64,000 bases of DNA from Planctomycetota bacterium (GTDB lineage Bacteria > Planctomycetota > UBA11346), in contig JBBRLJ010000002.1 in NCBI GenBank assembly GCA_038231435.1, forward strand, positions 128,001 to 192,000, in the 5' to 3' direction. Of the stretch, positions 58,214 through 64,000 are shown in pieces. Made by a program: the position numbers and the translations under genes. Under the pieces are notes generated by a model. The model made no database searches and was not told where the DNA came from. It saw only the letters and a program-made list of their open reading frames with translations. The stretch's first letter is position 1. Every line of letters begins with the position of its first letter.

Positions 58214-59043
58214 TAAGAGCGCCTGAACACCGCCGGAGACCGTCCCGTCCCGCGCTTCACCTGCCGCGCCAACGTGTGGGCCGAGGGGAAGCCGCTCTGT
58301 TCCGCCACCGCTGCGATCGGCAGCGCGGTATCGCGCAGGAGCTGCAGGGCGCGGGTCAGGCGAGCCTCGGTCAGCCACGCGGCCGGTGAACGCCCGACGC
58401 GCTGGTGGAACGCGCGCGCCAGGTGTTCGCGGCTCACCCCGTGGCTGCGCGCGACCTGCTTGAGGGTGCGGATCGCGATGGGGTTGGCCATGATGTCGGC
58501 AATGGCGGTTTCGACTGGATTGCGGTGACGCGCCACGCGCGCCTCGAGTCCGCTGAAGAGCTCCATCATGAACGCCTGGCAGCCGATCGCGCGTGCCAAT
58601 GACGACGCACCGGCGCGCGGACCGACCAGATCGATCAGGCGATTGAGCGCCGAACGCAGCGGTCGCTCGTCGCCGAGCTCGATCAGCGATCCGTAGCGCT
58701 CCTGCAGCAAGCTCCAATGCTGGTCCACTCCGGCGCCGATCAGCGACACCCACTCGCAACGGTACGGCTCGGTGTCGTGCGATGGCGGCCGACCATACGA
58801 GGTCGGCTCGCCATGCTTGAACAGCAGCATCGAGCCCACGCTCAGCGGCCGTTCGCCCTGCCTATCGCGATAGACCACGTGGCCGGACACCGTGTACTGG
58901 CAGTACACCACACCTAACGGCCGCCTGACCTTGTTCTCGTACCAGTACGGCGTACCGGGCGGAACCAGCTGACGTCCGTAGCCGAGCACCTGCCACAGCA
59001 CCGGCGCGTTCGATGCGGCCGTTGTCTCGCTCGCGCGGTTCAT
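58213..59043 (-). CDS. AraC-family transcriptional regulator
   Basis: 'LKQVARSHGVSREHLARAF...RLTRALQLLRDTALPIAAVAEQSGF...GRSPAVFR'. Confidence 0.92.
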   Translation of the reverse strand: MNRASETTAASNAPVLWQVLGYGRQLVPPGTPYWYENKVRRPLGVVYCQYTVSGHVVYRDRQGERPLSVGSMLLFKHGEPTSYGRPPSHDTEPYRCEWVSLIGAGVDQHWSLLQERYGSLIELGDERPLRSALNRLIDLVGPRAGASSLARAIGCQAFMMELFSGLEARVARHRNPVETAIADIMANPIAIRTLKQVARSHGVSREHLARAFHQRVGRSPAAWLTEARLTRALQLLRDTALPIAAVAEQSGFPSAHTLARQVKRGTGRSPAVFRRS

Positions 59044-59086
59044 GTCACGAAATGTACATCCGCCACGGGTACCAGCAAGCCGGCCG

Positions 59087-59329
59087 CTAGTCGCGCTCGA
59101 ACGTCTGCGTCGCCTGCTCAGCCTTCACCGCCTTCACCCGTTCCTCGCGCATCAGCTGCTCGATCTCGGGTCGGCAAGTCTGGCAGCCGAAGCACACGCC
59201 GGTGCGGCGCCGCAGCTCGTCGAAGCTCGCGCAGGCGCGCTCATGGCCTTGGCCGCGCAGCGCGGCGAGCACCTCGGCGCGCATCACGCCGGTGCAGTAG
59301 CAGCGCACGAACGGATCCGGGGGAGGCAC
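59087..59329 (-). CDS. BFD-like (2Fe-2S)-binding protein
   Basis: 'CYCTGV...TGVCFGCQTCRPEIEQL'. Confidence 0.85.
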   Translation of the reverse strand: MPPPDPFVRCYCTGVMRAEVLAALRGQGHERACASFDELRRRTGVCFGCQTCRPEIEQLMREERVKAVKAEQATQTFERD

Positions 59330-59373
59330 GTCTCAGTATACCCTGCGCACGAGGCCTTTGCGGACCCGCGGCG

Positions 59374-60129
59374 CTACTTGCCGCTCGGCAGGTTGTTGCC
59401 CGGCATGGAGAAGGTGTCGGCAGCGATCGGGCGGTCGTACTCCGCTCCGTCGATCCGCACCAGGATGCGCGTGCCCGAGGGTTGGACGAGCTCGATCGCC
59501 GAGGCGTGGCACGCGGCGTCGAGACGGATCTCGACCTTGGTCAGATCGTGGGCGACGTCGGCATTGGTTGGTGTGAGCGTGACGGTCGAGCCATCGGCGG
59601 GTTTGGGCGCAACCGCGGCCATCACACTGAAATCGGCCTTCAGCTGGGTGAAGTCGCCGCGCACGCACGCGAGCACGCGGCGCAGCTCGACATCCGCGTC
59701 TCCGACCGCGCGGACGTGTGTATCGGGTTCCAGCTCGGACGAGATCTGCTCGATCTCGGCGATGGAGGCGCCATCCGAGCAGGTGCGCTTGCGGTACTCG
59801 GGCTCGTCGGGCTTGGTCTCGACGAGGTTGTACTTGTCGGGCACGGCGATCGCGAACTTGCCCTTGGTGACCACGGGGTCGTCCTGCATGCCCGGGTTGA
59901 AGGTGTGCTTCACGAAGGTGCCCTGCATGGTCTTCATCGCTCGCGCCACCGCGGCGATGCGTTCGAGCAGAGCCGCGTCGCCGCTCGCATCGAGCGGGTG
60001 CGTCGCTTCCACGACCGTTGCTGGAGGCATGGCAGGGGCTTCGGAACCGCCAGCCTCGGCTCCAGCGGCAAGCGCCGAACCGATGCCGGCCGAGATCGTC
60101 AAACTGATGGCGAGGAAGCGCTTGCGCAT
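59374..60129 (-). CDS. LolA-like outer-membrane lipoprotein carrier protein
   Basis: Signal peptide, 'MKTMQGTF', 'GKFAIAVPDK', 'SDG', 'TLTP', C-terminal 'DTFSMP'. Confidence 0.78.
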   Translation of the reverse strand: MRKRFLAISLTISAGIGSALAAGAEAGGSEAPAMPPATVVEATHPLDASGDAALLERIAAVARAMKTMQGTFVKHTFNPGMQDDPVVTKGKFAIAVPDKYNLVETKPDEPEYRKRTCSDGASIAEIEQISSELEPDTHVRAVGDADVELRRVLACVRGDFTQLKADFSVMAAVAPKPADGSTVTLTPTNADVAHDLTKVEIRLDAACHASAIELVQPSGTRILVRIDGAEYDRPIAADTFSMPGNNLPSGK

Positions 60130-60237
60130 GGAACGATGCCCTCGCTGCCGACCTTGAACAGGGGTGGCGGGAGGTGATACTCCATGGGTCCCGCCCAGGC
60201 GCAAACGGCGTCGCGAGGGATGGCTCACGGAGGGTGA

Positions 60238-60822
60238 ATGGCGCATGTCCTGGTGGTGCTCGCACCCGGTGCCGAGGAGATCGAGACCATGACGGTCGCC
60301 GACGTCCTCGTGCGCGCCGGGCAGCAGGTGACCATCGCCAGCGCCGGCGACGCGCGGGTGGTGATGGGCAGCCGCGGCCTGCCGTTGGCGGCGCACGTGA
60401 TGCTCGACGAGGCGCTGGCCCCGGGCGCCGACGGGAAAGCCCCCGCCTACGACGTCGTCTACCTTCCAGGCGGCAACGGCTCGGCAGCGGTGTGCCGTTC
60501 GGATCCGCGCATCCAAGATCTCGCCGCCGCGCAGCTCGCTTCTGGCAAGCGTCTGGCGATCATCTGCGCCAGCGTCACTGCGCTGGTTCCGCGCAAGCTC
60601 GGCGCCGGCCGCACGGTCACCTCGTATCCGGGAGTGCGCAAGGATGTCGAGCCGCACGTCGCCTCCTGGCTCGATCAGCCGGTGGTGGTCGATCGCAATC
60701 TCATCACCAGCCAGGGTCCGGGCACCGCCATCCCGCTCGGCCTGACCCTCGCCCGCCAACTCGCCGGCGAAAGCACCGCCGCATCCGTCGCCGCCGCCAT
60801 GCTCACCAGCATGCCCCCATGA
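60238..60822 (+). CDS. DJ-1/PfpI family protein (YajL/ThiJ-like)
   Basis: 'PGAEEIE...DVLVRAG', 'LPGG', nucleophile Cys in 'AIICAS', 'ITSQGPGTA'. Confidence 0.93.
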   Translation: MAHVLVVLAPGAEEIETMTVADVLVRAGQQVTIASAGDARVVMGSRGLPLAAHVMLDEALAPGADGKAPAYDVVYLPGGNGSAAVCRSDPRIQDLAAAQLASGKRLAIICASVTALVPRKLGAGRTVTSYPGVRKDVEPHVASWLDQPVVVDRNLITSQGPGTAIPLGLTLARQLAGESTAASVAAAMLTSMPP

Positions 60823-60836
60823 TCAGAGGTCGTCCC

Positions 60837-61682
60837 ATGCGCATCCTGTCCTCCCTCGCCATCACCGCGGCGCTCACGCTCGCCAACGCCAGCGTCGAGC
60901 TCCATGCGGCGCAGGCCGAGAAGCCATCCGCCGCCGTCGAAGCATTCAACAAGGCCATGACGTCCGACGACGCCACCGCCAAGCGCGCTGCGGTGAAGGA
61001 CCTCGCGTCCAAGAGCGCGGGCACCGACGAGCAGGTGTTGCCGCTGCTGGTGGCCGCGGTCGCCGATCGCCAGACCAACGAGGCCGCCATCGCCGCCTTG
61101 CGCTCGCGCACCGGCCTGCACCCCGCCGCGCGCACCGGCCAGAGCCACTACCCCTCGTATCCCTCGGGCGATTCGGCTGGTGACTGGTCGACCTGGCTCA
61201 GCGAGCGCACGCGCGAGAAGGAACAGGAAGCCAAGGTGAAGGAGGCCGAGAAGACCGCCGCCGAAGCAAAGAAGACCGCCGACAAGGCCAAGAAGGACGC
61301 CGACGCCAAGGACAAAGGCAAGGGCGACGGCGACGACAAGGGGGACTCCAAGGGGGACAAGTCCGCCAAGGGAGCAAAGGGCGACAAGACCGATGCGAAG
61401 GGCGACAAGACCGGCGCCGACGCGACGGCCGACGCCGCGCCCGCGGACGGCACCGACGTGGTGGTGAAGCCGAAGCGCGAGCCGGGGCCGCCGCCCGAGG
61501 ATCTCGGCAAGCTCGATCGCATCATCTTCAAGAACGGCAGCAACCTGCTCTGCTACATCCTCACCCGCCGCACCGACGCTGACGGCAACCTGCTGAGCGT
61601 GCGCATCGTCCATCCCGATGGTTCCGGCGAGGAGACGCTCGCCGCCGCGATGATCGCGCGCATCGAGGAAGACGTGAAGTGA
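60837..61682 (+). CDS. Secreted hypothetical protein (HEAT-like N-domain, K/D/G linker, small beta C-domain)
   Basis: Signal peptide, 'AALRSRTG...W.TW', KGD repeats, 'DRIIFKNG...IARIEED'. Start could be 60819. Confidence 0.75.
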   Translation: MRILSSLAITAALTLANASVELHAAQAEKPSAAVEAFNKAMTSDDATAKRAAVKDLASKSAGTDEQVLPLLVAAVADRQTNEAAIAALRSRTGLHPAARTGQSHYPSYPSGDSAGDWSTWLSERTREKEQEAKVKEAEKTAAEAKKTADKAKKDADAKDKGKGDGDDKGDSKGDKSAKGAKGDKTDAKGDKTGADATADAAPADGTDVVVKPKREPGPPPEDLGKLDRIIFKNGSNLLCYILTRRTDADGNLLSVRIVHPDGSGEETLAAAMIARIEEDVK

Positions 61683-61752
61683 TGGCGACGGTGGGTCGAG
61701 CCCCGCCCGTCACCCACGCCTCCATCTGCGACTCTATCGGCAAACAACCGCC

Positions 61753-62214
61753 ATGCGCCTCCTCTACCCCGGCAGCTTCGATCCCCTGCACCTCGGCCAC
61801 CTCGACCTGATCCGTCGGGGAGCCGCGCTCGCCGACGAGCTGGTGGTCGCGGTGGGCGTGAATCCCGACAAACGGCCGCTGTTGCCGGCCGAACGGCGCG
61901 TCTCGCTCCTGCGCGAGGAGACCACGACACTGCGCGGCGTGACGGTCGCCTCCTACGATGGCGCGACGATCGCCTACGCGCGCACGATCGGCGCGCATGC
62001 GCTCTTGCGCGGCGTGCGCAATACCGGCGACCTCGAACTCGAGGAGACCATGGCCGCCATCCACCGCGCCAATGGCATGGAGACGATCTTCCTGATGACC
62101 GACGGCGCGCTCGCGCACGTCAGCGGCCGCGCGGTACGGCTCGCGCTCTCCGCCGGACTACCGCTCGACGGCATGGTGCCGCGCGCGGTCGCGCTGGCGC
62201 TGCAGCATCATTAG
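61753..62214 (+). CDS. coaD: Phosphopantetheine adenylyltransferase
   Basis: 'YPGSFDPLHLGHLDLIRR', 'NPDK', 'LRGVR..GD'. Confidence 0.93.
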   Translation: MRLLYPGSFDPLHLGHLDLIRRGAALADELVVAVGVNPDKRPLLPAERRVSLLREETTTLRGVTVASYDGATIAYARTIGAHALLRGVRNTGDLELEETMAAIHRANGMETIFLMTDGALAHVSGRAVRLALSAGLPLDGMVPRAVALALQHH

Positions 62215-62358
62215 CAGGGGCTACGCCCCTACGGCCTGCGGCCTACCCCACGGGCTTTGTCGGGGCTCGATGTCGCCGGGGGCCGGCGACATCGTCGGCG
62301 GATGGGCTGCGCCCATTCTATCCGCCGACCGCCCCTCGGCGCCCGGTCGCTTCGCTCC
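62214..62358 (+). repeat. Dispersed palindromic repeat, family B, copy 3
   Basis: Begins at the coaD stop codon and is near-identical to the reverse complement of 31450-31582. Confidence 0.88.
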
Positions 62359-62389
62359 GGGTTACAGCGCGGCCGGAGCCGCCTCGGCC

Positions 62390-62504
62390 GCCGAATCCTG
62401 ATGTGCGTGGACAATGGGCGAAGCCCATCACGCAAACTTTTGGCTCGCAGGGACGAAACGAAGGACGACAAAGGCCGTGGGGGACCGGGGGCGAAGCCAC
62501 CGCA
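62390..62504 (-). repeat. Dispersed palindromic repeat, family A, copy 3
   Basis: Reverse complement aligns along its length with 575-692. Confidence 0.85.
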
Positions 62505-62511
62505 CAGAAAT

Positions 62512-62559
62512 CCTACCCCACGGGCTTTGTCGGGGCTGGGCGCCCGGTCGCTTCGCTCC
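62512..62559 (+). repeat. Internally deleted family B copy
   Basis: CCTACCCCACGGGCTTTGTCGGGGCT is joined to GGCGCCCGGTCGCTTCGCTCC. Both segments are also present in 62242-62358. Confidence 0.8.
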
Positions 62560-62640
62560 ATGCGTAGGTCATCAACGGGGCTCGGCGGGGCGGGGTAAGA
62601 GATACATGAGCTCGGTGGATCGCGCGGATATGCATGAGGA

Positions 62641-63630
62641 ATGCCAGCCCAGCGCCATGCGCCGGAGCCCGCGGTGAGCTGGGCGAGCGCCGCGCGCTTC
62701 TACCACCAGCTCGGCATGGTCCACCACGTCGGCATCTCGCTGGCGCAGGCGGTGGAGATGTCGGGAGGGGCGACTTTCGGAAGGCACCGCGAGCTGGCGC
62801 CGATCTGGTCGCGCGGCTGCGCGGCCGGAGGCCAGCTCGCCGACCAGCTCGAAGCCAGCGGCGAGCCGGCGCTGGCGGTGGCGCTGATGCGCGCTGGGGA
62901 GCACAGCGGCAGGGTCACTGAAGGCGCGCGCATGCTCGCCGAGCACTTCGATCATCTGATCGCGCTGCGCGGCATGATCATCGCCCGTTCGATCTATCCG
63001 CTGCTGGTCATCAACCTGGGCCTGATGGTTCCAGCGATTCCCGGCGCGTTCCTGGGTACGACACCTGCCTGGAAGATCCTCCTCGGGCCGGCGATCCTGT
63101 GGGCTGTCATCGGCGCGGCGGCGGTGAGCACCCGGCTGGCCGGAGCTTCCGGTCTCCTGGCGCGTATCGCGCTGCTGCCGGGCGGTAGGTTCCTGGCCAT
63201 GCCGATGCTGGTGAGCAACGTCTGTCGCGTGCTGCGCGCCGCGCTCTCGGCGGGCATGCTCGTCCCCCAGGCGCTCGATCTTGCCGCCGGCGGCAGTGGC
63301 AACCGCGACATGGCGGAGCGCCTACGCGCCGCGGCGAGCGACGTCCGCTCGGGGCGGGTGCCGGATCTCACCGCCGCGCTCAACGCCTGCGGCTTCCCCC
63401 GCGACGCCGTGAACATGATCGAGAATGGCGAGCGTTCCGGGAAGCTCGAGGACGTGCTGACCCATGTCGCGGTGGTGTACGACGAATCGTTCCGCTCGCG
63501 CACCATGTGGACGGCGAAGGTCATCACCGGCGTGGTGTACGGCTTGGCGATGCTGCTGACCGCCGCGGTCGTGCTCAGCATGTATGGCGGCGTCTTGAAC
63601 CAGGCCAGTGCACAGATGGAATCGGAGTGA
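62641..63630 (+). CDS. Type II secretion F / PilC family protein
   Basis: Two T2SSF domains ('AGEHSGRV', 'IYP', 'LSAGMLV..AL', 'NGERSGKLEDVL'). Confidence 0.9.
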   Translation: MPAQRHAPEPAVSWASAARFYHQLGMVHHVGISLAQAVEMSGGATFGRHRELAPIWSRGCAAGGQLADQLEASGEPALAVALMRAGEHSGRVTEGARMLAEHFDHLIALRGMIIARSIYPLLVINLGLMVPAIPGAFLGTTPAWKILLGPAILWAVIGAAAVSTRLAGASGLLARIALLPGGRFLAMPMLVSNVCRVLRAALSAGMLVPQALDLAAGGSGNRDMAERLRAAASDVRSGRVPDLTAALNACGFPRDAVNMIENGERSGKLEDVLTHVAVVYDESFRSRTMWTAKVITGVVYGLAMLLTAAVVLSMYGGVLNQASAQMESE

Positions 63631-63717
63631 CGCACATCAGCGTGCGTCCGGCGCGCTGGACATTCCCGATGCCACGGCAATCCGACCCGCTACCCTAGGG
63701 CGAGGGTTGCGCGAGCG

Positions 63718-64000
63718 ATGGGCGGCACCGAAGAGATCATCAAGCGGTCGCAAGCGCACCTGCAGGCGTTGTTCCACAACCCGTTGCAGGCCTTCCTGCT
63801 GCTCGACGCTGAGCGCCACATCCTCGCCTTCAATCCCACCGCCCTGACGCACATGCGCGCGCTGTCGGGCCAAGAGCTGCAGGAGGGCGACTTCATCGAT
63901 TTCTTTTTCGGCGAGGACGACCTCCACCAGGTCACCCGCCACCTCGACCAGGCCCTCGCCGGAGAGAACGTGGTCGAGGAGCGCCAGTTCCGCGGCAAGA
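63718..64000 (+). CDS. PAS-domain protein (3' end outside window)
   Basis: Open frame from ATG 63718 to the window end: 'LQALFHNPLQAFLLLDAERHILAFNPTA...LDQALAGENVVEER'. Not in the supplied ORF track because it has no stop. Confidence 0.8.
   Translation, partial: MGGTEEIIKRSQAHLQALFHNPLQAFLLLDAERHILAFNPTALTHMRALSGQELQEGDFIDFFFGEDDLHQVTRHLDQALAGENVVEERQFRGK

Overview
A GC-rich, gene-dense bacterial chromosomal segment. It is most likely from a Planctomycetota member, which I infer from the S21 sequence style, the SHD1-like and HEAT-like secreted domains, and the AraC/PhyH content. About 58 CDSs are supportable. Core genes are dnaE, rpsU, birA, coaD, trpD, araD, ppk2, an ABC-F ATPase, a class B PBP, a LysM L,D-transpeptidase, a LolA-like protein and a GspF/PilC protein. 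There is also a GS-like/Fe-ADH/ALDH operon of the gamma-glutamylation type, two glycoside-hydrolase-like genes, an M61 peptidase, a DUF1854 ABC exporter, three AraC regulators and many lineage-specific hypotheticals. I found no rRNA, tRNA, CRISPR array, integrase or transposase. The strongest unexplained structure is non-coding. First, two families of dispersed multi-hairpin REP/BIME-like elements show compensatory base changes and a shared GGGGCTNCGCCCC hairpin, and most start within about 10 nt of a stop codon in a fixed orientation. Second, a 3 x ~160 bp tandem array of a nested-hairpin element lies between the L,D-transpeptidase gene and rpsU. Protein-level oddities include a DnaE with a degenerate PHP site and three insertions, a PBP2 with a ~390-aa insertion, a DUF445 protein with a nested duplication, several pseudo-enzymes, and two paralogous mini ParB/Srx proteins. 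All family calls come from motif recognition by eye; no database search was run.
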